Below are positions 46,286 to 56,100 of a stretch of DNA of 64,000 bases, in pieces. The DNA lies in the NCBI GenBank assembly GCA_964559455.1, contig CAZLHO010000006.1, forward strand, positions 17,627 to 81,626, given 5' to 3'. Made by a program: the position numbers and the translations under genes. Origin of the DNA: an uncultured Fibrobacteraceae bacterium. Lineage in GTDB: Bacteria > Krumholzibacteriota > Krumholzibacteriia > LZORAL124-64-63. Positions within the stretch are counted from its first letter, which is position 1; every line of letters begins with the position of its first letter. Under the pieces are notes generated by a model, which saw only the letters and a list, made by a program, of their open reading frames with translations, did no database searches and was not told the DNA's origin.

Positions 46286-49200
46286 ATGAAACCGCGACCC
46301 GCACGTCTGCTCGCCCGTCTCCTGCCGCTGCTGACGGCGGCCGCGGCGTTCTGCGCCCAGCCCGCCTTCGCCGCGCCCCCCGACTACGTCCCCGATCAGG
46401 TCCTGGTCAAGTTCCGGCCCGCCGCCGCCCGCGCCGACCGCGAGGTCCTGCTGCGCGAGATCGGTGAATCGACCGTGCGCGAGCTGCGGCCCCTGGACGT
46501 GCAGGTCCTCCGCCTGGCCCCCGGCGCGGACGGCGCCGATCCCGTGCCGGCCGCCCTGGCCCGCTGGCGCGGCCATCCCCTGGTCGAGTACATCGAGCCC
46601 AACTGGATCCTGAGCGGCTGCGTCCTGCCCGACGACCCCCTGCTGCCCGACCAGTGGCACCTCTTCAACGACGGCGCCGACGGCGGCGTGGCCGGCGCCG
46701 ACGTGGGCGCGGCCCTGGGCTGGGACGTGGCCGTCGACGCCCGCCCGGTGGTCGTGGCCGTCCTGGACAGCGGCGTCGACTACACCCATCCCGACCTGGC
46801 GGCCAACATGTGGGACGGCGGACCCGGGTTGCCGCATCACGGCTGGGATGTCGTCGCCAACGACGACGACCCCATGGACGAGTACGGCCACGGCACCCAC
46901 GTCGCGGGCCTGATCGGCGCCGTCGGCGGCAACGGCCGCGGCGGGGCGGGGGTGTGCTGGAACGTGCGCCTGATGGCGATCCGCATCCTGGACGGGGCCA
47001 ACCGCGGCCGGCTGGACGACATCGTCCTCGGGGTCCTGCTGGCCGTCGGGTGGGGCGCCGACGTGCTGAACAACAGCTACGGCGACGCCGGCGAGTATTC
47101 GCAGACCTTCCGCGACGCCGTCGCCTACGCCGCGGACCGGGGGGTGCTCTTCGTGGCCGCCGCCGGCAACGACGCCGTCGACAACGACCTCGTCCCCTTC
47201 TATCCCGCCGACTACGACCTGCCCAACGTCGTCTCGGTGGGCGGCACAGACCGGCGGGACGAACTCGCCGAATGGTCGAACTACGGCGCAGCCTCGGTGG
47301 ACCTGGCCGCGCCCGGAGACGGGATCTTCAGCACCGGCTGGCCGGGCCACGGCTACCGGACGATCTCCGGCACCTCGATGGCGGCGCCGCAGGTCTCCGG
47401 GGCGGCCGCCCTGATCCGCGCGCGACATCCCGAGGTCGATCTGGACACCTGGCGGGCCTGGCTGCTGGCGGGCGCCGAGCCCCTGCCCTCCCTGCAGCGG
47501 CGCACCGTCACCGGCGGCCGGCTGGACCTGGGCCGGGCCCTGGCCGCGGCCGACCTGACGCCGCCGTCGCCGGTGGACGACCTGCGGGCCGAGGCCGTCT
47601 CGCCCTGGCGGGTGCTGCTGACCTGGACCGCGCCCGGCGACCTGGGGGGCCTGCCCGCGCCCGCCCGCTACGAGATCCGCCGTTCGGACGGCCCCCTGGA
47701 CGCCGCGAACTTCGACGCGGCGATCCTCGTGCCCGCGCCGCCGACTCCATCGGCGGCCGGAGCGCCCGAGACCCTTTCGGTGGGCGGGCTGGAGCCGGGG
47801 GCGACCCTGAGCTTCGCCCTGCGGGCGATCGACGCCGCGGGCAATGCCGCGCCCCTGTCCAACGTCGTCACGGCCTTGACTCCCCCGGCGGCCTCGCTGC
47901 AGGTCTCCGGCCCCGACCTGGCGGCCGACCTGCCGACCGGGACCGCCCGCGAGTTCCCGCTCGTCGTCCGCAATCCCGGCCCCGGTCCCATGGCCTGGGT
48001 GGTCCGCGCGGTCGGCTTCCCCGCCGTATCCGCTTCCGAGGCCGCGCCCTCTTCTTCCTCGCGCCCGGCCGCGTCGGCGCCGCGACCGCGCGCATCCGTC
48101 TCCGTGGACCGCCTGCGGCTGCGCACACCCGGGGCCGCGCCGGCGGATCTGGTCGCGCTGGCCGAGGGCGCGGGGGTGGGACTGGTCTTCAGCGACGACG
48201 TCGAATCCGGTCCCGGCGGCTGGACCGGCGACGGCGACGGCTTCGCGCTGTGGAACCTGAGCCGCGACGCCTACGGCAGCCCCTTCGTCTCCTGGCGCTG
48301 CGGCTTCGCCGGGACGGGCTACGCCACGGGCGACAGCGTGGACGCGGCGCTGGTCTCGCCGACGATCGACCTCGGGCGGGTCGACGGGACGGCAACCCTG
48401 GAGTTCCTGGAGTGGTTCGTCACCGAACCCGACCGCGACTTCTGCCGCGTCGAGGCGGCCGCGCCCGGCGACCCGTCGTGGACGCCGCTGCGCGCGCCCG
48501 TCTCGGGCGACGGCGGTGGCTGGGCCCTGCGCGCTCTGGACCTGACGCCCTGGGTCGGCGGTCCGGTGCGCGTCCGCTTCCGCCTGACCGCGGCCGACGC
48601 CCTGGTCAACGACCTGCCCGGCTGGTTCGTGGACGACGTGCGCGTGGTCGCGGGGGGCTGCTCCTGGCTCGTCCCCGATCGGAACTCGGGCCTGCTGGCG
48701 GCGGGCGCCGTCGACACGCTGCGCGTGCGGCTGGACGCGGGCGGCCTCTGTGGCGGCCGGCGCTACGGCCAGCTCGAGTTCGCGTTCGCCGACCCCGACG
48801 CGCCGGCCGTCCTGCTGCCCGCCGCCCTCGACGTGAGCGCGGCCCCCGATCTGGACCTGGACGCGGCCGCTCTGGACCTGGGCCCCGTCTTCGTCGGCGC
48901 CGAGCGGCGCGCCTTCGTCACGGTCACCAACGCCGGCTGCCTGGATCTGGTCGTGACGGGGGTCGAGTCCGAGGGCGAGGGCTTCGCGACGACCGACGGG
49001 TCGGCGTTCTCGTTGCCGCCCGGCGGCGCGCGCGCCCTCGATGTGGTCTTCGCGCCGATTGTGCCCGGGGCGGCGGCCGGAGCCTTGCGGCTGTTCTCGA
49101 CCGACCCCGACGCCTCGATCACGGCGCTGCCCCTGTCCGGCGCAGGACTGGAGCCTCCGTTCCCCGTCCTGGTCGATCCGGAGCCCGGATGCTCCGCCGT

Positions 49201-51373
49201 GTCGAGCGCGATCGTCGATCCCGGGGTCCTGCTGCGCAACGACGGCGCCTCGCCGCTGCGCTGGAGCCTGGCCGGGCCGCTGCCGCCCGAGCCCGAGGGC
49301 GTCCTGCCGGCCCCGCCGCCGCCGCCGGCCGTGGGCGAGGACCTGCGCGGGCGCCGCATCCTGTGGCTGCGCCGCCACAGCGAGATGCCGTCTTTGGGCA
49401 GCATCCGCTTCGTGGAGGATATGCGCGACCGGGGGGCCGAGGTGGTCGAGACCTCGGCGGTGGTCACGGCCGAGCTGCTGGCCGGCGCCGACCTGGCCCT
49501 GGTCGTGGGCGGCAGCCTCTGGAACGCCGTCGAGCGCGACGCCCTGGCCGTCTGGCTGCGCGGGGGCGGCGGCCTACTGATCGTGGCGCGGCTGCAGTCG
49601 AGCATCGCGGCGGCCAACGACATCCTGGGCGCGGCCGGGGCCGGGCTGGGCTACGGCTGGCCCGGCGGCGTCGTCGGCCCGGGCGAGCCTGTGACCTCGC
49701 ATGCCGTGCTGGCCGGCGTCCGCGACATCGAGCTGTCCCAGAACGACGGCTGGCTCGCGGTGGACTGGCCCGGCCGGCCCCTGCTGCGCGATCCCGGCGG
49801 CAGGCTGGCCGCGGCGATCTCCCTGCCGGGCCGCGGCCGCATCGTGGCCCTGGCTTCGCTGACGCCCCTGGACTTCGCCATCGACGCCGGCGACAACCGG
49901 CGCTTCATGAACAACATCGTCGACTGGCTGTCGGCGCGCTGGCTGCGCGCGACGGCGCTCGAGGGGGTCGTGCCCGCCGGCGACGCCGTCGTCCTGCCGC
50001 TGCGCGTGGATACCGGCGGCCTGGTCGCCGGCGCGCACGTCGACACCCTCGTCCTGCACACCAACGCCCCGGACGCGCCGACGCTGCCCTTGCCCGTGCG
50101 GGTGGACGTCCGCGGCGTGCCGAAGCTGGTGGTGGACGGACTGAACCTGGAGGACGAGGTTGTGGACTTCGGCCCGGCCGGACTCGACGAGGCGCTGGAT
50201 CGCGATCTGGTCCTGCGCAACCACGGCACCGGCGACCTGCACCTGCTGGACCTGGCCGCGGACGGCGCCGGTTTCGGGATAGCGCTGCGGGATCCGGCCC
50301 CCGTGCTCGCCCCCGGCGACAGCGTCACGGCGACGCTGCGCTTCCGCCCCGAAGTCCTGGGGCCGCATCTGGGAGGCCTGGAGCTGGGCACCGACGACCC
50401 GCGTCTGCTCCGGCGCCGGATCTGGCTCTCGGGCTTGGGGTTGACGCCGGCGCAGATCGCCGTCGGACCCGACTCGCTCGTCGCCGAGCTCTACACCGCC
50501 GGCATCTCCCGCATCCTGCTGACCTTCACGAACACGGGCGGGGCGCCGCTGCGCCTGACGCTGGCGCCCACCGTCGCCTGGATCATCCCCCAGGCCACGA
50601 CCCTCGACGTGCCCGGGGGCGAGGCGCGCCAGCTCTACGCAGCGATCTACGCCTACGAGATGGGGGACGGCGACTACACGGGCGCCCTGCGGATCGGCAC
50701 CAACGTGCCCGAAAGGCCGGTCGTCGTCCTGCCGGCCCGCCTGCGCGTTTTCAACGCGCCCGACCTGGTCGTGGTCCCTTCCTTCGTGGAGTTTCCGCCG
50801 ACGATGATCTACGAAGAGGCCTACGAGCACGTCTACCTGCAGAACCATGGCTCGGTGCGGCTGGACATCGAGTGGCCGCCCCAGGTCGATTCGCCCTATC
50901 TCGAGGTTCTGGGTCCCGACGTTCCCTACATGTGGGTCCCGCCGGGCGAGGCCATGGTCTTCTACCTGCGCTACCGCCCGCTGGAGCCCGACATCCTGGA
51001 CGCCGTCATGCGCATCCGCAGCAACGACCCCTACGAGCCCGTGGTCGAGGTTCTGGTCAGCGGCGAAACAATCTACCGGCCGCAGAAGGAAGGTCCCGAG
51101 AAGCTGGTCAACGTCCCCAACCCCTTCAACCCGCTCACGGAGCTGCGCTTCACGCTGCCCGCCGCGGGCCGCGCCGAGGTGCGGATCTACGATCTCAGGG
51201 GAAGGCTGGTGCGCCGGCTGGACGCGGGCGCGCGCCCGGAGGGGCCGGGCGCGCTGAGCTGGGACGGCCGGGGCGACGACGGGGCGTCGGCCTCCAGCGG
51301 GACCTACCTGGCGCGGCTGCTGCTCGACGGCCGTCCCCTGGGCGAGCCCCGCCGCATGAAGCTGCTGCGCTGA
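46286..51373 (+). CDS. giant secreted subtilisin-like serine protease (peptidase S8) with multiple ASH / choice-of-anchor-D-like Ig domains, a ThuA/GATase1-like insert and a T9SS-type C-terminal sorting domain
   Basis: Start ATG 46286 (MKPRPARLLARLLPLLTAAAAFCAQPAFA). I9-like propeptide (VLVKFRPAAARADREVLLREIG). Catalytic triad motifs AVLDSGVDYTHPDL, HGTHVAGLIGAVGGNG and GTSMAAPQVSGAAAL. C-terminus NVPNPFNPLTELRFTLP...SWDGRGDDGASASSGTYLARL matches the Por_Secre_tail pattern. Confidence 0.85.
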   Translation: MKPRPARLLARLLPLLTAAAAFCAQPAFAAPPDYVPDQVLVKFRPAAARADREVLLREIGESTVRELRPLDVQVLRLAPGADGADPVPAALARWRGHPLVEYIEPNWILSGCVLPDDPLLPDQWHLFNDGADGGVAGADVGAALGWDVAVDARPVVVAVLDSGVDYTHPDLAANMWDGGPGLPHHGWDVVANDDDPMDEYGHGTHVAGLIGAVGGNGRGGAGVCWNVRLMAIRILDGANRGRLDDIVLGVLLAVGWGADVLNNSYGDAGEYSQTFRDAVAYAADRGVLFVAAAGNDAVDNDLVPFYPADYDLPNVVSVGGTDRRDELAEWSNYGAASVDLAAPGDGIFSTGWPGHGYRTISGTSMAAPQVSGAAALIRARHPEVDLDTWRAWLLAGAEPLPSLQRRTVTGGRLDLGRALAAADLTPPSPVDDLRAEAVSPWRVLLTWTAPGDLGGLPAPARYEIRRSDGPLDAANFDAAILVPAPPTPSAAGAPETLSVGGLEPGATLSFALRAIDAAGNAAPLSNVVTALTPPAASLQVSGPDLAADLPTGTAREFPLVVRNPGPGPMAWVVRAVGFPAVSASEAAPSSSSRPAASAPRPRASVSVDRLRLRTPGAAPADLVALAEGAGVGLVFSDDVESGPGGWTGDGDGFALWNLSRDAYGSPFVSWRCGFAGTGYATGDSVDAALVSPTIDLGRVDGTATLEFLEWFVTEPDRDFCRVEAAAPGDPSWTPLRAPVSGDGGGWALRALDLTPWVGGPVRVRFRLTAADALVNDLPGWFVDDVRVVAGGCSWLVPDRNSGLLAAGAVDTLRVRLDAGGLCGGRRYGQLEFAFADPDAPAVLLPAALDVSAAPDLDLDAAALDLGPVFVGAERRAFVTVTNAGCLDLVVTGVESEGEGFATTDGSAFSLPPGGARALDVVFAPIVPGAAAGALRLFSTDPDASITALPLSGAGLEPPFPVLVDPEPGCSAVSSAIVDPGVLLRNDGASPLRWSLAGPLPPEPEGVLPAPPPPPAVGEDLRGRRILWLRRHSEMPSLGSIRFVEDMRDRGAEVVETSAVVTAELLAGADLALVVGGSLWNAVERDALAVWLRGGGGLLIVARLQSSIAAANDILGAAGAGLGYGWPGGVVGPGEPVTSHAVLAGVRDIELSQNDGWLAVDWPGRPLLRDPGGRLAAAISLPGRGRIVALASLTPLDFAIDAGDNRRFMNNIVDWLSARWLRATALEGVVPAGDAVVLPLRVDTGGLVAGAHVDTLVLHTNAPDAPTLPLPVRVDVRGVPKLVVDGLNLEDEVVDFGPAGLDEALDRDLVLRNHGTGDLHLLDLAADGAGFGIALRDPAPVLAPGDSVTATLRFRPEVLGPHLGGLELGTDDPRLLRRRIWLSGLGLTPAQIAVGPDSLVAELYTAGISRILLTFTNTGGAPLRLTLAPTVAWIIPQATTLDVPGGEARQLYAAIYAYEMGDGDYTGALRIGTNVPERPVVVLPARLRVFNAPDLVVVPSFVEFPPTMIYEEAYEHVYLQNHGSVRLDIEWPPQVDSPYLEVLGPDVPYMWVPPGEAMVFYLRYRPLEPDILDAVMRIRSNDPYEPVVEVLVSGETIYRPQKEGPEKLVNVPNPFNPLTELRFTLPAAGRAEVRIYDLRGRLVRRLDAGARPEGPGALSWDGRGDDGASASSGTYLARLLLDGRPLGEPRRMKLLR

Positions 51374-51385
51374 TCCGTCGACGGG

Positions 51386-52699
51386 TCAGGACGACGGATC
51401 CAGCACCCTCCCGAAGAAGAGCAGCGCGCCGGTGCCCCGGTCGCGGATCCCCACCAGGAAGGGCCGGTCCACCACGACCTGGCTCGGTATCGACGTGATG
51501 TCGATGACGATGGCCGTCGCCGCGGCCGCCTCCACGCCCTTCTCGTCCACGGCCAGGAAAGTCTTGTGGTAGGCCTCGCTGATGAACAGCCGGACGTCGC
51601 TGATGCCCCCGAAGTCGGCCGCCGTCGTGAAGGGCAGCGGCATGCCCAGTTCGCTCAACGGCGTTTTGAGCCTGCAGCCGGCCTCCATCGTGAACCGGGG
51701 CATGGTCACGTCCACGCGGCTGCTGCCGAGTTCGTCGAGGATCGCCTCGAGGGCGTCGGCGTCCAGGTCCGCCTCGAAGGCTGCGAACTCGCCGGCGTCG
51801 GGCACGATCATCAGGAAGCCCAGCTCCTCGCCGCGCAGGTGCAGTTCGACCGCCTGCCAGCCGGGGCCCTCGGCCGCCAGGCAGCCCATCGACGTGTTCA
51901 TCATCGGCACGGTCACCTCGCCGCCGCCCAGCAGGTGGAACGTTCCGTCCGACGTGCCCTCGGGCGAAAAGGCGTCCGCCCACGGCGCCTTCAGGTAGAG
52001 GGCGTTGGCCAGCACGGCGCGGGTGGCCGGCGAGATCGACCCCGGCGGCAGCAGGTCCAGGATGCGGTCGCGGGTGCGCTCGGCGACCCAGCCGTTGATT
52101 GCTTCGCGGCCGACCTCGGGGGCGTTCTCGAAGTCCAGCCCGTAGGCGGCGGCGCCGTAGTTCACGGCCAGCAGATCCAGCCACGGGTCCAGGAAGGGGA
52201 AGCCGATCTGGCCCCAGAGCGAGTTGGCCGTCGACAGCTCGACCGCTTCCTCTTCGCCGGTGGCGGGCAGGTTGCGGGCGGCCAGGGCCAGGTCCAGGGC
52301 GTTGAAGGCGGCGTGGCGCCGGCCGGCGGGCAGCAGATCGTAGTGCAGGACCGCGGCGATCTGCTCGGCCGTCTCGCCCAGGGCGCCGCCGTAGGCCATG
52401 GCGAAGGCCGTACGGATGCTCAGCGGCGAGAAGAGCAGGTTGCCCGGCTCATCGCCGCGCAGCTCGTGGTACAGGTCCACGGCGAAGGCGTGGTTGCCGG
52501 CGGCCAGGGCGTCGATCTCGGCGGGGGTGGCGTCGGGCGCGGTCTCGCGCTCCAGGTCCGAGCTGTAGGTCTCCCAGGCGTCGTCGATCGGGTCGGGCCG
52601 GGTGCCGTCGTCGTCGCAGCCGACGGCCAGGATCAGCGCCAAGCACAGGAAGACAGCCGCCGCCGGCGCGGTCCGGGGCGCGAGCAGATTCGAGAACAT
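51386..52699 (-). CDS. serpin-family serine protease inhibitor, lipoprotein
   Basis: Lipobox LAVGC. Serpin hinge and reactive-centre loop EKGVEAAAATAIVIDITSIPSQ. ~437 aa. Convergent with the S8 protease, with stops 12 bp apart. Confidence 0.8.
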   Translation of the reverse strand: MFSNLLAPRTAPAAAVFLCLALILAVGCDDDGTRPDPIDDAWETYSSDLERETAPDATPAEIDALAAGNHAFAVDLYHELRGDEPGNLLFSPLSIRTAFAMAYGGALGETAEQIAAVLHYDLLPAGRRHAAFNALDLALAARNLPATGEEEAVELSTANSLWGQIGFPFLDPWLDLLAVNYGAAAYGLDFENAPEVGREAINGWVAERTRDRILDLLPPGSISPATRAVLANALYLKAPWADAFSPEGTSDGTFHLLGGGEVTVPMMNTSMGCLAAEGPGWQAVELHLRGEELGFLMIVPDAGEFAAFEADLDADALEAILDELGSSRVDVTMPRFTMEAGCRLKTPLSELGMPLPFTTAADFGGISDVRLFISEAYHKTFLAVDEKGVEAAAATAIVIDITSIPSQVVVDRPFLVGIRDRGTGALLFFGRVLDPSS

Positions 52700-52814
52700 A
52701 CCATTGCTCCTTGCTCAGGGGCGGTTATGGGCAGGGGCGGCAGGGGGTTCGCCCGGGGTCCGGCGGGGGGCGCTCCTCACGAGGTCGCCCCCCGCCACCA
52801 ACGGGCGAGTCGGA

Positions 52815-53381
52815 TCAGCGATACAGGGTCTTGACCCGGGACCACGTCGCGTCGCCGACGGGGATCGGGCCGAGCTCCACGGTCAGGGTGTTGTTCGTCT
52901 CATCATATTCGGGAATCTGGAGGTCCGTGTCTATGGACAAGGTGATGTTCTGCTGCCCGGTGAAGGCGTGCCAGATGCTGCCCTCTCCGTAGGTGTACCA
53001 GCGGCAGGCGCAGCGGTAGACCAGGGGCGTGGACGTGACCAGCTCGTCGTAGCACGAGCCGAAGTAGGTCACGGCGCCGAAAACGAGGTCGTAGCACTCG
53101 CCGTCGCAGTCGGGATACGCATTCAGGGGGCAGGATCCAGAATCGAAGGGCACGATGACGTAGGGGATCTGCTCGACCAGGCCGCCGTCGATGTACACGT
53201 CGATGGTGGTGTTGATCGCGGGCACGGGGCCGACGGCCGTCACGACGATCGTGGGCACGACCTGGAAGGCGTTGCCCGAGGACACGAGTTCGACGTCGAA
53301 GAGTTCGAGGTCGACGTCTTGGGCCGCGGCGGAGCCCGCCATCAGGCTCGCCGCGACGATCAACATGAGCAATTTCTTCAT
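52815..53381 (-). CDS. secreted CARDB-domain protein
   Basis: Start ATG 53381 (MKKLLMLIVAASLMAGSAAA) with a CAGGAG RBS. CARDB-like C-terminal signature ...EYDETNNTLTVEL. Lower GC than the surroundings. Confidence 0.55.
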   Translation of the reverse strand: MKKLLMLIVAASLMAGSAAAQDVDLELFDVELVSSGNAFQVVPTIVVTAVGPVPAINTTIDVYIDGGLVEQIPYVIVPFDSGSCPLNAYPDCDGECYDLVFGAVTYFGSCYDELVTSTPLVYRCACRWYTYGEGSIWHAFTGQQNITLSIDTDLQIPEYDETNNTLTVELGPIPVGDATWSRVKTLYR

Positions 53382-53762
53382 ATCGGACTCCTGCTTCTGA
53401 GGGCCGCCACGCGCGGGCGGCGCATTCTCCAGGGCGAGGGGGAGTAGCGGTGACAAGGGGATCGGGCCTCACCTCCCGGTTCGGGTCGGGCCAGGCCTCC
53501 GTGCGCGTCGTCGTCGGACGGTTTCACGCAGGGCGCGCATTCCTGTCGCCCCCGCGACGGGTCGTCGATACGGCGGAGCGGGCGCCGCTCCAACGGTGAA
53601 ATGGTATCATGTTTTGCGGGATCATTTCAATACATCACGCTTTCATCGCCCTAAGTCCGCAACCTGAAAGGGCTCTTTCCGTAGGATGCGGGTTGCCGCG
53701 TGCACCCGCCACGCCGCGGCTCCAGGGAATCCGGAGGATCCATCCTCTCGAAAGGAGACGCG

Positions 53763-56003
53763 GTGAAAGGCAACCGCTACCTCGTGATCGGCATGCTGTC
53801 GCTCACCCTGATCGCGCTAGAACTGACCTGGACGCGCATTTTCTCGGCCGAATACTTCTATACCTTCGCCTTCCTGGTCCTGTCGCTGGCCGTGCTCGGC
53901 ATCGGCCTGGGCGCCCTGGCCCTGCGGCTGGTCCCGGCCCTGAACGACGACCGCTACCTGGGGCCGGCGCTGTCGCTGACCGGTCTGATGGCCCTGGCCG
54001 GACCGCCGCTGGTGCTGCTGCTGGACCTGAAGCTGGGTCTGCTCTTCACCAGCTGGAAGATGGTCGGCCTCTTCGCGGCCACGGTGCTGATCCTGAACTC
54101 GGCCTTCTTCTTCGGCGGCGTCGCCCTGGCCCTGCTCTTCCGCCGGCACCACGCCGACATGCCGCGCATGTACATGGCCGACCTGCTGGGCGCCGGGGCC
54201 GGCGTGGTCGTGGCGATCGTGGCCATGAACCTGCTGGGCACGCCGCGGGCCGCCCTTTGGGTGGCCTTGCCGGCGCTGCTGGCCTCGTTGATCGCCGCGC
54301 GCGGCGGCTGGCGGGCGCTGCCGGTCCTGCTGATCGCGGTGACGGTCCTGCTGGGGGCCCACGCAGATCTGGTGATGCAATCCCACGCCCGCGACCGCGC
54401 GCCGGTGGGCTACCTGCACTGGGACGCCTCGGCGCGGATCAAGATCTACGAGTTCAACGAGTTCTACCACGGCATCGAGATCGACAACGCCGCCAACTCT
54501 CCGGTCTTCGCCTTCGACGGGAACTGGGACCGGCCGGACTCGATGCGCTTCGGCTTCGACATCGACGTCGGCGGCCTGATCGGCATGTTCGACGACTGCT
54601 CCTTCCTGTCGCTGGGCGCCGGCGGCGGCGGCGACGTGCTGCAGGCCCTGCAGGCCGGGGCGACCGACATCCACGCCGTCGAGGTCGTGCCCCACATCAA
54701 CTGGCTGATGACCGAAGGGAAGCTGGCGGAGTTTTCGGGCGGGATCTACAACGATCCGCGCGTGACCGTGGCCACCGAGGACGCCCGCGCCTACGTGCGC
54801 CGCCACCCCGGCCGCTTCGACGTCATCTACTCGCTCAGCTCCAACACCTTCGCCGCGCTGGCCTCGGGTGCCTTCGCCCTGTCCGAGAACTACCTCTTCA
54901 CCACCGAGGCCTTCCGCGACTACTGGCGCTCGCTGAGCGACGGCGGCTTCCTGATGATGGAGCACCAGTTCTACGCGCCGCGCATGATCAGCGAGGTGCT
55001 GGACGCCCTGCGCGCCGAGGGGGTGGCCGATCCCGCAGCCCACCTGGCCGTCTACGACATGCCGCAGCACCGGCGCAACATCATCCTGCTGTCGAAGCGG
55101 GCGCTGGACGACGAGCTGCGCATCGCGGCCCTGGCCGGCGGGGAAGAGGCCCTGCCCGAGCACATCGTGCCCCTGTATCCGGCGCCCTCGGACACCGCCA
55201 CGACCCTGGCGGCGCGGATCGTCGAGGAGGGCTGGCGCGCCGTGCAGCCCGACCATCCCACCGACCTCTCGCCCTGCGACGACGACCGGCCCTTCGTGGC
55301 CCAGCTCGGCCTGTGGCGCAACGCCTCCCGGGAGGGACTGGTCAACCTGAGCCCGCTGGAGATCCGCGGTTTCCCGGTCTCGAGGGTGATGGTCCTGATC
55401 ATCCTGGCCGTGGTGCTGGTGATCGTCGTGCCCCTGAACCTGCTGCCGGCGCTGACGCACGGCCCCCGGCTCAGGGCGGCGCCGTGGCTCTACTTCTTCC
55501 TGCTCGGGGCGGCCTACATGGCCGTCGAGGTCGTGCTGATCCAGAAGTACACGCTCTTCGTCGGGCCGTCGGTCTACAGCATCAGCACCATCCTGCTGAC
55601 CCTGCTGGTGGCCTCGGGCCTGGGCAGCCGCATCGCCGACCGCGTGCCCGACGGCCGGCCGTTCCTGGGCATCCTGGTCTGGATCGCGCTGGATATCCTG
55701 GTGCTGCCGAAGCTCACGGCCACCATGGGCGGCATGACGATGGCGCCGCGCATGATCGTGGCCGCCGCGCTGGTCTTTCCGCTGGGCTTCTGCATGGGCA
55801 TGCCCTTCCCCAAGGGCGCCCTGCGCGTGGGCGAGCTGGTGGACTGGGGCTTCGCGGTCAACGGCGCCGCCTCGGTGCTGGGCTCCACGGCGATCATCCT
55901 GGTCGCCTTCTCCTGGGGATACGCCGCGGCCCTGTCCACGGCCGGCGCCCTCTATCTCTCGGCCTGGCTGCTGCTTGCGCGGCGGTCGGCCTGGGCGCGA
56001 TAA
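53763..56003 (+). CDS. membrane-embedded polyamine aminopropyltransferase (spermidine/spermine-synthase)-like protein
   Basis: ~8 N-terminal TM helices. Central class-I methyltransferase/spermidine-synthase fold (LSLGAGGGGDVLQAL; FDVIYSLSS). A further ~6 C-terminal TM helices. Start GTG 53763, 5 nt after an AAGGAG RBS. Confidence 0.65.
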   Translation: MKGNRYLVIGMLSLTLIALELTWTRIFSAEYFYTFAFLVLSLAVLGIGLGALALRLVPALNDDRYLGPALSLTGLMALAGPPLVLLLDLKLGLLFTSWKMVGLFAATVLILNSAFFFGGVALALLFRRHHADMPRMYMADLLGAGAGVVVAIVAMNLLGTPRAALWVALPALLASLIAARGGWRALPVLLIAVTVLLGAHADLVMQSHARDRAPVGYLHWDASARIKIYEFNEFYHGIEIDNAANSPVFAFDGNWDRPDSMRFGFDIDVGGLIGMFDDCSFLSLGAGGGGDVLQALQAGATDIHAVEVVPHINWLMTEGKLAEFSGGIYNDPRVTVATEDARAYVRRHPGRFDVIYSLSSNTFAALASGAFALSENYLFTTEAFRDYWRSLSDGGFLMMEHQFYAPRMISEVLDALRAEGVADPAAHLAVYDMPQHRRNIILLSKRALDDELRIAALAGGEEALPEHIVPLYPAPSDTATTLAARIVEEGWRAVQPDHPTDLSPCDDDRPFVAQLGLWRNASREGLVNLSPLEIRGFPVSRVMVLIILAVVLVIVVPLNLLPALTHGPRLRAAPWLYFFLLGAAYMAVEVVLIQKYTLFVGPSVYSISTILLTLLVASGLGSRIADRVPDGRPFLGILVWIALDILVLPKLTATMGGMTMAPRMIVAAALVFPLGFCMGMPFPKGALRVGELVDWGFAVNGAASVLGSTAIILVAFSWGYAAALSTAGALYLSAWLLLARRSAWAR

Positions 56004-56027
56004 CCCCACGAAAAGTGAAACATTTAG

Positions 56028-56057
56028 CGGTCCGGCCCGTTGAGAAACGGGTCGGAC
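56028..56057 (+). other. near-perfect inverted repeat / hairpin in the intergenic region
   Basis: GGTCCGgCCCGTT-gaga-AACGGGtCGGACC, between the stop at 56003 and the AGGAGA RBS of the next gene. Confidence 0.35.
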
Positions 56058-56100
56058 CTGCTTCGACGCCCCCCAAGGATATTCAAGGAGACAGCCCTCA

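Noticed and set aside
51374-51385. 10-bp palindrome CCGTCGACGG between the convergent protease and serpin stops
   Set aside because: It has no loop, so it cannot form a stable hairpin. Likely coincidental, and contains a SalI site.
52764-52798. Perfect 11-bp GC hairpin (GGCGGGGGGCG...CGCCCCCCGCC) between the CARDB gene stop and the serpin start
   Set aside because: No U-tract on the relevant (minus) strand. It may be an RNA stability element, but there is no basis to call a terminator.
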